Under the pieces are notes generated by a model. The model did not search any database and was not told the DNA's origin. It saw nothing but the letters and a program-made list of their open reading frames with translations. Shown one piece after another: positions 54,462 through 63,924 of a stretch of 64,000 nt of DNA. This DNA is from an uncultured Candidatus Saccharibacteria bacterium (GTDB taxonomy: Bacteria > Patescibacteriota > Minisyncoccia > UBA6257 > 2-01-FULL-56-20): positions 142,061 to 206,060 of the forward strand of contig CAYWDX010000002.1 of NCBI GenBank assembly GCA_964456235.1, in the 5' to 3' direction. Position numbers and translations under genes: made by a program. The first letter of the stretch is position 1; the number at the start of each line of letters is the position of its first letter.

Positions 54462-56449
54462 TGAATGCCATGACATCAAAATTTCTTTTGGGAAGATTGA
54501 CCTGGGATGCATTGCCACATGCGTGGTACACCGTCTGCGGGACTGCCGCACTCATCACCATGCTGGTAGCCGCCGCCGCGCTCCTCACCTATTACCGACG
54601 TTGGACGTGGCTTTGGAAAGAATGGCTCACCTCAACCGATCCAAAAAAAATCGGCATCATGTACATCATCATCGCATCGCTCATGCTCTTCCGCGGGGCG
54701 CTCGACGCCGCCATGATCTGGGCGCAACAGGCAACCGCCGTCGGGTCGCAGAGGCTTCTTGACGCCAGCCACTTCCAGCAGATCTTCACCGCACACGGCG
54801 ACATCATGGTATTTTTCGTCACGATGGGATTTTTGTTTGGCTTGATCAACCTTATCGTTCCCTTGCAGATCGGCGCGCGCGATCTCGCGTTCCCCTTTCT
54901 CAACTCGCTTGGGTTTTGGCTCTACGCCGCAGGAGCGGCACTCGTCAATCTGTTTTTCGTGTTGGGCGGTGAATTTGCCGCGACCGGCTGGCTCGCAACC
55001 GCGCCGCTCTCCGAACTTTCATTCAGCCCGGGCGTCGGCATGGATTATTGGATTTGGAGCTTGCAGATTTCCGGCATCGGCACGCTGATCGGCGGCATCA
55101 ATTTCCTCGTCACTATTATAAAGATGCGCGCGCCCGGCATGACGCTCATGAAAATGCCGCTCTTTGCCTGGTCATCGCTCTGCAGCATGCTCCTCGTCGT
55201 TTCCGTATTCCCCATTCTCACCATTACCATCGGCCTTCTCTTCCTCGATCGTTTTTTTGGGATGCATTTTTTCACCCTGACGGGTGGCGGCAACATCATG
55301 ATGTACACGAACATGATTTGGATGTGGGGGCATCCGGAAGTTTACATCCTCGTACTGCCCACGTTTGGCATTTGGTCCGAAATCATCGCGACGTTCACGG
55401 GGCGTCCGGTAAAAGGATACGGGTCGCTCGTGATCGCGCTCCTCGGCATCACCGCGCTCTCCTATCTCGTGTGGCTGCACCATTTTTTCACGATGGGCGC
55501 CGGCGCGGACGTGAACGCATTCTTCGGCATCATGACGATGTTCATCGCAATCCCAACGGCGGTGCAAATTTTCAATTGGATCCGAACGATGTACCGCGCG
55601 CGGATCATTTTTAAAACGCCCATGTATTGGTTCATGGGATTCGTGAGCACGTTCACGTTCGGCGGGATTGCGGGCGTTTTGATGGCGTCCCCCGCCGCAG
55701 ATTTCCAACTCCACAATAGCTTATTTCTCGTCGCGCACTTCCACACGATGGTGATCGGCGGCGCACTCTTCGGAATTTTTGCGGGCATCACCTACTGGTG
55801 GCCGAAGATCATGGGTTTCACGCTGGATGAGCGTCTGGGCCGCATGGCATTCTGGTTTTGGCTGGTCGGCTTTTTCGTCTCGTTCGTTCCCCTCTATATA
55901 TTAGGGTTCATGGGCGCCACCCGGCGTCTCGACCATTACGACGCCTCGACCGGGTTTCAGATCTGGTTCATCATGGCGGCGGTGGGTCTCGTCATTATCG
56001 GGATCGGCGCCGCGATCCAGGTGGTGCAAGTTTGGGTGAGCGTGAAGCGGCGCCGAAAGAATCGCGTCGGCGGCGACCCGTGGGATGGCCGCACGCTTGA
56101 ATGGAGCACGCCATCGCCGGTGCCTTTCTACAATTTTGCAGTGATTCCGCGCGTGCACGAGCGTGACGCGTGGGCGGCGATGAAAGAGCAGGCGGATCGC
56201 GAGGGAGGATTCAAAAAGCCGCGCTATCAAAAGATTGAGATGGCGAAGAATACCCCGCTCGGCATTTATATTGCGGTTTTTGCGTTCCTCTTCGGATTCG
56301 CGATGATATGGCACATCACCTGGCTCGCCTTTGGGTCGCTCGCGGGAGCCATCATTTGCGTCATCATGCATGCCTTTGACGAACGCACCGAATACGTGGT
56401 CCCCGCCCACGAAGTCGAAGTCGTGGAAGCGAATTTAATAAAATCTTAA
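54461..56449 (+). CDS. cyoB: heme-copper quinol oxidase subunit I
   Basis: 662 aa, 12+ TM. ...WMWGHPEVYILVLP...HHFFTMG...FFGIMTMFIAIPTAV...HNSLFLVAHFH...: canonical HCO subunit I histidine ligands. ATGA overlap with cyoA. Confidence 0.9.
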   Translation: MNAMTSKFLLGRLTWDALPHAWYTVCGTAALITMLVAAAALLTYYRRWTWLWKEWLTSTDPKKIGIMYIIIASLMLFRGALDAAMIWAQQATAVGSQRLLDASHFQQIFTAHGDIMVFFVTMGFLFGLINLIVPLQIGARDLAFPFLNSLGFWLYAAGAALVNLFFVLGGEFAATGWLATAPLSELSFSPGVGMDYWIWSLQISGIGTLIGGINFLVTIIKMRAPGMTLMKMPLFAWSSLCSMLLVVSVFPILTITIGLLFLDRFFGMHFFTLTGGGNIMMYTNMIWMWGHPEVYILVLPTFGIWSEIIATFTGRPVKGYGSLVIALLGITALSYLVWLHHFFTMGAGADVNAFFGIMTMFIAIPTAVQIFNWIRTMYRARIIFKTPMYWFMGFVSTFTFGGIAGVLMASPAADFQLHNSLFLVAHFHTMVIGGALFGIFAGITYWWPKIMGFTLDERLGRMAFWFWLVGFFVSFVPLYILGFMGATRRLDHYDASTGFQIWFIMAAVGLVIIGIGAAIQVVQVWVSVKRRRKNRVGGDPWDGRTLEWSTPSPVPFYNFAVIPRVHERDAWAAMKEQADREGGFKKPRYQKIEMAKNTPLGIYIAVFAFLFGFAMIWHITWLAFGSLAGAIICVIMHAFDERTEYVVPAHEVEVVEANLIKS

Positions 56450-56466
56450 TTAAAATTTTATTAACG

Positions 56467-57024
56467 ATGGAAAACGATAAAACTATTTTCGGTTTCTGGG
56501 TCTACTTGATGACGGACCTCATCATGTTCGCCGCGCTTTTCGCCGTATTCGCCGTCCTGCGCACGAGTACCGCCGGCGGTCCCTCGAGCGAGCATCTTTT
56601 CGACCTTCCGTTCGCCCTCAATGAAACGTTAATCTTGCTCACGAGCAGCTTCACGTGCGGCCTCGCGATGATTGCGGCTCATCGCAACAAAAAGGGCCCA
56701 GCCCTATTCGGGTTCTCAATAACCTTCGCGCTCGGCGCTGCGTTCATCGCCCTCGAACTGAACGAATTTTCGCGGTTCATCGGCACGGGAGCGAGCTGGA
56801 CCCGCAGCGCTTTCCTTTCCTCATATTTTGCGCTCGTCGGGATGCACGGACTCCACATTTTGGTGGGCCTTCTCTGGATCCTTGCGAGCATCATCTACCT
56901 TGCCGCGCGGGGGCTGACCAAATCAGGCATTTCAAGACTCACGCGCCTCGCGCTCTTCTGGCACTTTCTCGACATCGTCTGGATCTTCATCTTCACCATC
57001 GTCTACCTCGTGGGGGTGCTTTAA
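56467..57024 (+). CDS. cyoC: quinol oxidase subunit III
   Basis: 185 aa, 5 TM, ...LVGMHGLHILVGLLWI...FWHFLDIVWIFIFTIVYL. Confidence 0.85.
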   Translation: MENDKTIFGFWVYLMTDLIMFAALFAVFAVLRTSTAGGPSSEHLFDLPFALNETLILLTSSFTCGLAMIAAHRNKKGPALFGFSITFALGAAFIALELNEFSRFIGTGASWTRSAFLSSYFALVGMHGLHILVGLLWILASIIYLAARGLTKSGISRLTRLALFWHFLDIVWIFIFTIVYLVGVL

Positions 57025-57039
57025 TAAATTTTTAATCTC

Positions 57040-57387
57040 ATGCGCATCATCACCTACCTCACCGGATTCATCCTCTCCCTTACACTCACCCTCGCCGCGT
57101 ACTTCATCGTCACGGCACACGTGGCGTCAGGGCACGTATTCCTCACGCACCACTTCGTCATGATCGCCGCCCTCATCCTCGCGCTCGCGCAGCTGATCGT
57201 GCAGATGATTTTCTTCCTCCATCTCCACGAAGAAACCGGCCCGCGTTGGAATCTCGCGATTTTCATCTCGACGATCGGCCTCGTGCTCATCATTGTCGTT
57301 GGTTCGCTCTGGATCATGAACCATCTAAACTACAACATGATGCCGGCCGAACTACAGGCACAAAGCACGGTCCTGAACCACGAATAA
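57040..57387 (+). CDS. cyoD: quinol oxidase subunit IV
   Basis: 115 aa, 3 TM, positioned as the fourth gene of the operon. Confidence 0.75.
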   Translation: MRIITYLTGFILSLTLTLAAYFIVTAHVASGHVFLTHHFVMIAALILALAQLIVQMIFFLHLHEETGPRWNLAIFISTIGLVLIIVVGSLWIMNHLNYNMMPAELQAQSTVLNHE

Positions 57388-57391
57388 CGCC

Positions 57392-58270
57392 ATGAAATTT
57401 GGGGATTATTATTCTCTCGCCAAACCGGGCATCGTATATGGAAACGTACTGATGACGCTCGGCGGATTTCTGCTCGCCACGCGAGTGGATGCCTTCCCAC
57501 TCGGCGCCAATGTACCGCTCCTCCTCTGGACACTCCTCGGCATGGCGCTCGTCATCGCGTCCGCCGGTGCATTCAATAATTATCTTGACCGCGATATCGA
57601 CGGCGCGATGGCGCGCACCAGGCACCGGCCGCTCGTCGCAAAGCGCATCACCACGCGGGCGAGCCTAACCCTCGGCGCGGTCTTCGGCGTTCTTGGATTT
57701 TTTATCCTCATCGCGCACGTAAATATCATCACCGCGGTCGTTGCCGCTGTTGGATTCGTTTTCTACCTATTCGTCTACACCCTGTGGTCCAAACGACGCT
57801 CGGTATTTGGCACCATCCTCGGAAGCATCGCGGGCGCCGTGCCGCCGGTGGCTGGTTACGCGGCGGTCAGCGGACGCGTTGATGCGAACGCGCTCATATT
57901 GTTTGCCATTCTCGTCCTTTGGCAAATGCCGCACTTTTTTGCGATCGGCATTTATCGGCGCGAAGATTATCTCAATGCGAACATTCCCATCATGCCGGTG
58001 AAACACGGTGTGCGGGCGACGAAGCGGGCCATTCTCGCCTACGTCGTCGCATTCGCGATCGTCGCGATCCTGCTCGGGGTGATGGGCTACGCCGGCATCA
58101 GTTATTTTGTCGTCGCCGCGTCTCTCTCTATTATTTGGCTCATCTATTCGGTCAGCGGATTCTGGACGCGCGATGATCGCCGCTGGGCCCGCCAAATGTT
58201 TTTCATATCGCTCGCCGTCATCGTTTTTCTCTTCGCCGCCATCGCCATAGACGCCCTCTTCCGGGCGTGA
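57392..58270 (+). CDS. cyoE: protoheme IX farnesyltransferase (heme O synthase)
   Basis: UbiA-family: ...NNYLDRDIDGAMARTRHRPL... and ...QMPHFFAIGIYRREDY.... Confidence 0.85.
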   Translation: MKFGDYYSLAKPGIVYGNVLMTLGGFLLATRVDAFPLGANVPLLLWTLLGMALVIASAGAFNNYLDRDIDGAMARTRHRPLVAKRITTRASLTLGAVFGVLGFFILIAHVNIITAVVAAVGFVFYLFVYTLWSKRRSVFGTILGSIAGAVPPVAGYAAVSGRVDANALILFAILVLWQMPHFFAIGIYRREDYLNANIPIMPVKHGVRATKRAILAYVVAFAIVAILLGVMGYAGISYFVVAASLSIIWLIYSVSGFWTRDDRRWARQMFFISLAVIVFLFAAIAIDALFRA

Positions 58271-58310
58271 TACACTCGGGGCAGCTCATTTCCTACGTCG
58301 GAGGAAGCCC

Positions 58311-58745
58311 ATGGTCGTGTCGATTCTTTTTGGGACAATCGCCCTGGCACTCGTCGTGCTACTTGACCAGCTGATCCACTACGCTCGCGAAGCTCGCCGA
58401 GTGTGGGCTATCACCGCGGATGAACGTTTCACGAGCAAGGTGAATAATCATCGGTGGTACGCGAGAATACTGCTCGGCTGCGCAATCGGCATACCCATCA
58501 CCCTGTTCGCGCTCGCTCCAATCCTCGCGCGCGAACAACAGCATGTGCCGCCGCGAGTTTTGATCCTTGCGAGCCGAGCCATTTCCACGACGCTGATCGT
58601 GACAATGATGATCACCCTATTCTGGCTGAACGGGCTGAAAAAAGGGCGCAAAGCGCTCCACCGGATCCTCGGCTGGGCCGTGGTAGCGCAATTCGGCGTA
58701 CTCATGGCGATCGGTACCGTTCTTTTGGTCACAACCTATTATTAG
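58311..58745 (+). CDS. hypothetical membrane protein (4 TM) distal to the cyo operon
   Basis: 144 aa, hydrophobic. Followed by a strong terminator. Confidence 0.5.
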   Translation: MVVSILFGTIALALVVLLDQLIHYAREARRVWAITADERFTSKVNNHRWYARILLGCAIGIPITLFALAPILAREQQHVPPRVLILASRAISTTLIVTMMITLFWLNGLKKGRKALHRILGWAVVAQFGVLMAIGTVLLVTTYY

Positions 58746-58763
58746 CGGATCGACCTCCGCGTT

Positions 58764-58792
58764 GGCGTCCCTGAAGGGACGCCGTTTTTTTA
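58764..58792 (+). terminator. intrinsic terminator ending the cyo transcription unit
   Basis: GGCGTCCC-tgaa-GGGACGCC-GTTTTTTT. Confidence 0.8.
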
Positions 58793-58850
58793 AGAAATTT
58801 TTAATTAAAAACGCCGCCCGGTGATGGGCGGCGGAGACGTACCGACGAAG

Positions 58851-59240
58851 CTACGGCATTGAAAGGAGTCGCCCAGAAATGCCGGCTCCGTTCAGCACCG
58901 GGGTCTTCTCGCCTAGCATGCCGACCAGTTCCGACAGAAACCGGCGGATGTCCTTGTCTGGCCGACTCAGGACTCGCCGTTCTGCGATATCCGCGATCAT
59001 GAGCCTGTCGTGGATGGCGGAGGTACGCAGATCCTCTTCCTCCTCCTTCCGTTCGCTCACCTCCCTGGGTGATTCGTAGCAGGAAAGCAGGTATTCGAGA
59101 TCCACCAGGAACTGCTCAACATCATCTGCGAGATTCTTGCTGTCGGCGACCTTTACCCGAAATCGCTCAATCAATTCGGGAATCGGATCGTCTACTAATA
59201 GGTCATTAACTCCCGCAGAGGGAGTCTTCGCCGCTGTCAT
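58851..59240 (-). CDS. hypothetical acidic cytoplasmic protein
   Basis: Start at MTAAKTPSAG with GGAGGAGG 8 nt upstream. Confidence 0.5.
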   Translation of the reverse strand: MTAAKTPSAGVNDLLVDDPIPELIERFRVKVADSKNLADDVEQFLVDLEYLLSCYESPREVSERKEEEEDLRTSAIHDRLMIADIAERRVLSRPDKDIRRFLSELVGMLGEKTPVLNGAGISGRLLSMP

Positions 59241-59302
59241 CGTTGCATCCTCCTCCCAAACTCTGGGATCCTGGAAGGTAATATAAGCCGCCCCCAAAAT
59301 TT

Positions 59303-60403
59303 TTACAAGATGACCGCCCCGGCTCCGTGCTGGTTCAAAACAATGAGGAGGCCCGCAACCAGAATCACGAGCATACCGCCCAAAATGACTTGGGGATGCT
59401 GGATGTGGACCTTAATGAAAATATTGAGGAGCAGGGCGAAAGCAAAGAAAATGGCGATCACGAGGTAAACATAGTCAACGGTGCGCCGCGGATCGACAGC
59501 GGCTGACTGGACAAAGTTCGGCGCAAACGAGGAAGCGGGGGCGGGGGCAGTCGCCGTAGAACTTTCGACGGGCGCGGCAGGCGTAGCTGTCGTTGTATTC
59601 GCTGGAGCCGGTGCGTTTGCGAATCCTGTCTCCGCACCTTTAACCGTAACCGCGATCGGCTGTGAAGTGGTTTCTGTTCCCGTGGCCGGCGTCACAATCA
59701 CGGGCATCACCGACGCCGGCTTATTCACCGCAACCGGCTTCGGTGCAGGTTTTGGCGTTGTTGGCGCGGCCAGTTTGGTAGCCGCACTCGCGGTCGGCAC
59801 CGACGCGGCGCTCGGCGCAAACGCGAACGAAGGCACCGGCGTACCAAACAGTTCAACTACGAAAATGGTGTCGTGGCCCTGGAATTGGCCTTCGGCCGTC
59901 GCCATACCAATTTCAGTGTAGCCGGCCTGCATGATGTTCGCGCGATGCTCGGGCGAATTGAGCCACGCGGTCGTCACATCGGCGGAGTCGGTGAAATCCA
60001 CCGCCAGATTTTCACCGGCGGCAATGAAATTGTATCCAACATTTTCAAACCAGAACCACGGCGTGACGCCCGACGGACTCGTGTGCGCAAAATATCCATT
60101 CCGCACCATATCGTTCGCCTTCTGCTGCGCGGCAAGATCCAGGAGCGCGTTTTCTTTGAGGGCAGGAAGGGTGGATGAGAGGCGCGCTTCATTTGTACCA
60201 TCCACGAGCGCGTTTACGAGGATCGTGCCGAAGAGGCGCGAGCGCGGGATCACATACGATGATCCGAAAAGGAATGTCGCTTCGATGACAATCGCGATGA
60301 GGCAGACAAATACAATTGCCTGCGGACGCAAAATATGCGGGCGATGGTCGTTCCCCTCGTGCGGGATTAAATATTTCTTAAGCGTCGCGCCAAGCCGGTT
60401 CAT
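59303..60403 (-). CDS. CAP/SCP (PR-1-like) domain protein with Pro/Thr/Ala-rich linker and C-terminal TM anchor
   Basis: ...AAQQKANDMVRNGYFAHTSPSGVTPWFWFENVGYNFIAAGENLAVDF...AWLNSPEHRANIM... (CAP motifs). Followed by low-complexity PTTPKPAPKP and a C-terminal hydrophobic helix. Confidence 0.6.
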   Translation of the reverse strand: MNRLGATLKKYLIPHEGNDHRPHILRPQAIVFVCLIAIVIEATFLFGSSYVIPRSRLFGTILVNALVDGTNEARLSSTLPALKENALLDLAAQQKANDMVRNGYFAHTSPSGVTPWFWFENVGYNFIAAGENLAVDFTDSADVTTAWLNSPEHRANIMQAGYTEIGMATAEGQFQGHDTIFVVELFGTPVPSFAFAPSAASVPTASAATKLAAPTTPKPAPKPVAVNKPASVMPVIVTPATGTETTSQPIAVTVKGAETGFANAPAPANTTTATPAAPVESSTATAPAPASSFAPNFVQSAAVDPRRTVDYVYLVIAIFFAFALLLNIFIKVHIQHPQVILGGMLVILVAGLLIVLNQHGAGAVIL

Positions 60404-60596
60404 GCAAAAAGAAAATTAAATTTCCATTAACCTCAATTTGACAAAAATATTATCTCATAAAATGCCCGAAAACGCAAACACCCCGCCTAGATGGGGGTGT
60501 TTGTGTTTTGTGCGGATGGCTGCTGCAGCAGCCATGAATCGGCCCACACTGCCGCCCTGATAGCTTTTCCGGGCCTCGCCCGGAACGCATCCTTCT

Positions 60597-63500
60597 TTAT
60601 GGAGGAAGCGGGCGACCAGGATAGTAGACCTGCAAGTTCGGCATCGGCAAGTTCAGGGCCTGACACTGGAGCATATTGATCCAGCGCCGGGTCGTCTGAT
60701 AGACGAAACCGGTTGGGGTCTGTGCGGTCGGGAGGCCAAGCGGTACCCACGGCGCCAAAACGGGGCCGTTGTACTTCACCTGGAAACGCTCCACCGCCGC
60801 AAAATCAGCTTGGCTGTAAACTCCGGTGATCGGAAGATTCAAGCCAAGATTCTGGTTCAGGAAGATCTGGAGTTTAGCGACTTCGTTACGGTCATTGTTC
60901 CAGCCGAGATGGATATAATCACGGAGGTAAATGCCGCACGTGCTCGCACCCAAGACCTGTCCGCCGAGAAGCGTGATTGACGCGTTCACTGTCGCAAGAA
61001 GGGTATTGTTCACGCCATAGAAGCGTGCGTACACCGTCTTCAAGCCGGGAACTGGAAGGAGTGTCCACGGCATCGTCGTCGCATACGGGATTTTGCCGGT
61101 TGAAGTGGCGAAATCCGAGTAGTTGGAAATTTCCATTTGGTATGCACCGGTGCCATAGAGCGAGAGCATGACGCTCGTCGTCGGAGTGGATGATGCACCG
61201 TTGTTGATAGCAATGAAGTAAGCACTGCCACCACCACCGGTCGTCACCACAACTCCACCTCCACCGCCACCTCCCCCGCCGCCGCCACCACCACCCCCTC
61301 CACCGCCACCTCCGCCTCCGCCGCCGCTGCCCGAACTCGTCGGGTTAACAACAATGGAAACAGTAGAGCTGGTGTTGGGATTCGTGTTGGTAGACGAAGC
61401 GTTTTCGCCGATCGTCGCGGTGTTCGTGATCGTCGTTCCGGCAGTGCCGGCATTGACGGTCGCCGCGATCGTGAGCGTTGCGGTTGTCGAGGCTGTCATA
61501 TCACCAATCGTCCACGTGCCCGTCGAGCTCGCGTAGGAACCCTGGGTCGCCGTGGCATTCACGAAGGTAAGGCTGGACGACAGCGTGTCGGTCGCAACCA
61601 CTCCCGTAGAAGTGGACGGGCCGAGCGCGGAGGCGGTCAAGGTGAAATGCACCGTGCTGCCTTCGGTCGTTGACGTCACATCAGCGATCTTTGTGATCGT
61701 GAGATTTGCCGTTGGGATCGTAGACGAAGGCGTGGTCGTTGAACCACCGCCTCCACCACCGCCTCCCCCGCCGCCTGACGTCTGCACGTTCATCGTAACG
61801 GACGAAGAGTTGTTCGCGGGATTGTTGTCCACGAGCGAACTCAATTCGCTGATCGTCGCCGTGTTCGTGATCGCCTGGCCCGCTTGGTTCGCGTTCACCA
61901 TGACCGTGATCGCAAGGGTTGCGGTCGCGTTCGGGTTGAGCGTTCCAATCGTCCAGTCGCCGGTCGTCAAGCTGTACGAGCCCTGTGAGGCTGCCACCGA
62001 CACGAAGCTCACGCCCGAAGGCAAGAGATCGTGCGCTGCGACAACCGTCGAGCTCGCCGGACCGAACGCCGTAGCGGTCAGCGTATAGATGACCGTGGCG
62101 CCCGCAGTCGGCGTTGCATTGTTCACCGTTTTCACGATGGCAATGTCAGCCGTCGTCGTCGCGGTCGTCGGCGTGGAAGTGGTATTCCCGCCGCCGTTCG
62201 GCGCGACCGTCACTGATACCGAAGCGTTGTTGTTCCCCGGATTTTGGTCCGTGGAAGAAGCGCTCTCGTTTACGATCGCGGTGTTCGTGATCGTCGTGCC
62301 TGCGGTTCCCGGATTCACGTGTACCGTGATCGTCAGCGTACTCGTCGAGTGCGCCGCCATGTCGCCGATCGTCCACGTGCCGGTAAGCGGTGCGTAGGAT
62401 CCGCGCGAGGCGGTCGAGCTTACGAAGCTCGTGCCGGACGGGAGCGTGTCGGTCGCCACAACGCCGGTTGACGTTGCGGGGCCGAGCGCGGACACCGTGA
62501 GCGTATAGTTCACCGTGCCGCCTTCAACCGTCGACGTGACATCCGCCATTTTTGCGATCGCAAGATCAGCCGAAGGAGGATTGTTGCCTCCGGTCGTCCC
62601 TGCGACCGTAATCGTTACGGACACGCTGTTATTTCCCGGATTGGGATCCGTGGAAGAAGCGTCCTCGAGAGCCGTTGCCGTGTTCGTGATCGTCGTCCCC
62701 GCGGTCCCCGCGTTTACGGTAACCGTAAGCGCGAGTGTCGCCGTTGTTGAGGCTGCCATGTCACCGATCGTCCACGTGCCGTTTCCGGCCGTGTACACAC
62801 CGATGCTTGGCGTCGCGCCCACAAACGTAAGGCCAGCGGGCAACGTATCGGTCGCGACCACGCCCGTTGAGGTAGACGGCCCCAACGCGCTCACGGTCAC
62901 GAGATAATGGATCGTTTGTCCCTCGTTCGGGTTTGAATTGTCAACCGTCTTGCTCACCATGAGATCGCCGTTCGATGCTGTTGCTACCGGCGGCGGAACT
63001 ACTCCTGGTTGAGCATTCAAGATGACTCCCGTGATCCCCGACGCCTGCGTGCAGTTCGACTGCACGAAGGTGACGCTTGGGCCGATGACGATCGGCCCCG
63101 ATGCGGCGATCCGCGCCCGCACGGTCAGCTGCGCAAACCCTGCGCCATTCACCGTGCCAAGACTCCAGACGCCCGTCGCGTTGTCATACGTTCCCGGAGA
63201 AACGGAAGACGACAGAAACGAGAGTGCGGGCTGCGCGAGACCGGTCGTTACCGTGATGATGGTGTTGGTCGTCACCGCCGGCGCACCCGTGAAGGTGAAC
63301 GTGACGATGTCGCCAACATTCGGCGTTTGGTTGTCCGCGCTCGCAGTGAATCCTGCGGCGACGGAACAAACCGCCGTACCAACGGCAGCGAATGCCTGTG
63401 CGGAAACCTGGCCAATGGCACCGAGCGTGTCCTGGGCAGCAACACAATAATTGTAGTTGCCATTCGGGACACTCAAATCGGTCAACGTGATGCCGTTCGT

Positions 63501-63761
63501 TTGAGCGAGTAAATCGTTCAAATTACTGGTGCAGGTGCCGGACGTCGTCCGGTACACGTTATAGGCGCCGATGCCGTTGCTCGCCGTAGCCGTTTGCCAC
63601 GCAAGCGTGACATCATTGCCAGCGACCGTTGCCACGAGACCTTGAACCTGGCTTACCGACGGAGAAGATGCAAGAGTTGGTGTGCCGAGCCCCGGTACCA
63701 TGACCAGGGACAGAAGCAGCAAGCCTCCTCCGGCGATCTTTTTAATCGTAGTAATTTTCAT
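60597..63761 (-). CDS. giant (1054 aa) surface protein: signal peptide, several DUF11 repeats, poly-Gly spacers, C-terminal peptidoglycan-binding-like domain
   Basis: N-terminal signal peptide. Repeats of ...TLTVSALGP(A/S)TSTGVVATDTLP(A/S)G(L/T)(T/S)FV...Y...TGTWTIGDMAA..TLT(I/V)TV.VN.GTAGTTITNTA... (DUF11). Gly runs of ~24 and ~12. C-terminus has ...VAKLQIFLNQNLGLNLPITGVYSQADFAAVERFQVKYN... (PG_binding_1-like). Confidence 0.65.
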   Translation of the reverse strand: MKITTIKKIAGGGLLLLSLVMVPGLGTPTLASSPSVSQVQGLVATVAGNDVTLAWQTATASNGIGAYNVYRTTSGTCTSNLNDLLAQTNGITLTDLSVPNGNYNYCVAAQDTLGAIGQVSAQAFAAVGTAVCSVAAGFTASADNQTPNVGDIVTFTFTGAPAVTTNTIITVTTGLAQPALSFLSSSVSPGTYDNATGVWSLGTVNGAGFAQLTVRARIAASGPIVIGPSVTFVQSNCTQASGITGVILNAQPGVVPPPVATASNGDLMVSKTVDNSNPNEGQTIHYLVTVSALGPSTSTGVVATDTLPAGLTFVGATPSIGVYTAGNGTWTIGDMAASTTATLALTVTVNAGTAGTTITNTATALEDASSTDPNPGNNSVSVTITVAGTTGGNNPPSADLAIAKMADVTSTVEGGTVNYTLTVSALGPATSTGVVATDTLPSGTSFVSSTASRGSYAPLTGTWTIGDMAAHSTSTLTITVHVNPGTAGTTITNTAIVNESASSTDQNPGNNNASVSVTVAPNGGGNTTSTPTTATTTADIAIVKTVNNATPTAGATVIYTLTATAFGPASSTVVAAHDLLPSGVSFVSVAASQGSYSLTTGDWTIGTLNPNATATLAITVMVNANQAGQAITNTATISELSSLVDNNPANNSSSVTMNVQTSGGGGGGGGGGGSTTTPSSTIPTANLTITKIADVTSTTEGSTVHFTLTASALGPSTSTGVVATDTLSSSLTFVNATATQGSYASSTGTWTIGDMTASTTATLTIAATVNAGTAGTTITNTATIGENASSTNTNPNTSSTVSIVVNPTSSGSGGGGGGGGGGGGGGGGGGGGGGGGVVVTTGGGGSAYFIAINNGASSTPTTSVMLSLYGTGAYQMEISNYSDFATSTGKIPYATTMPWTLLPVPGLKTVYARFYGVNNTLLATVNASITLLGGQVLGASTCGIYLRDYIHLGWNNDRNEVAKLQIFLNQNLGLNLPITGVYSQADFAAVERFQVKYNGPVLAPWVPLGLPTAQTPTGFVYQTTRRWINMLQCQALNLPMPNLQVYYPGRPLPP
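61254..61325 (-). repeat. ~24 consecutive glycine codons (GGN)n inside the giant surface protein gene
   Basis: Plus strand reads (NCC)24 in frame. A second run of ~12 Gly codons lies at ~61743–61775. Confidence 0.8.
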
Positions 63762-63924
63762 TTCTTTCTTATATTGGTTTTCGACCTTTTTGAATATTAA
63801 ATTCTCAAAAAGCGCCGAAAATCGTTTGTAAAAGAGCGGTCAAAGAGCAGAACATTTATACAGAAAACCGTGAAAAAAATCAAGAGCAGATTTCATAATG
63901 CGTTCATGAGGGGCGCATGGTAAC

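Noticed and set aside
61200-61800. CRISPR-like or simple tandem DNA repeats
   Set aside because: The periodic GC-rich repeats are in-frame (GGN)n glycine tracts and DUF11 domain repeats inside a coding gene. No spacer–repeat organisation or cas genes are present anywhere in the window.
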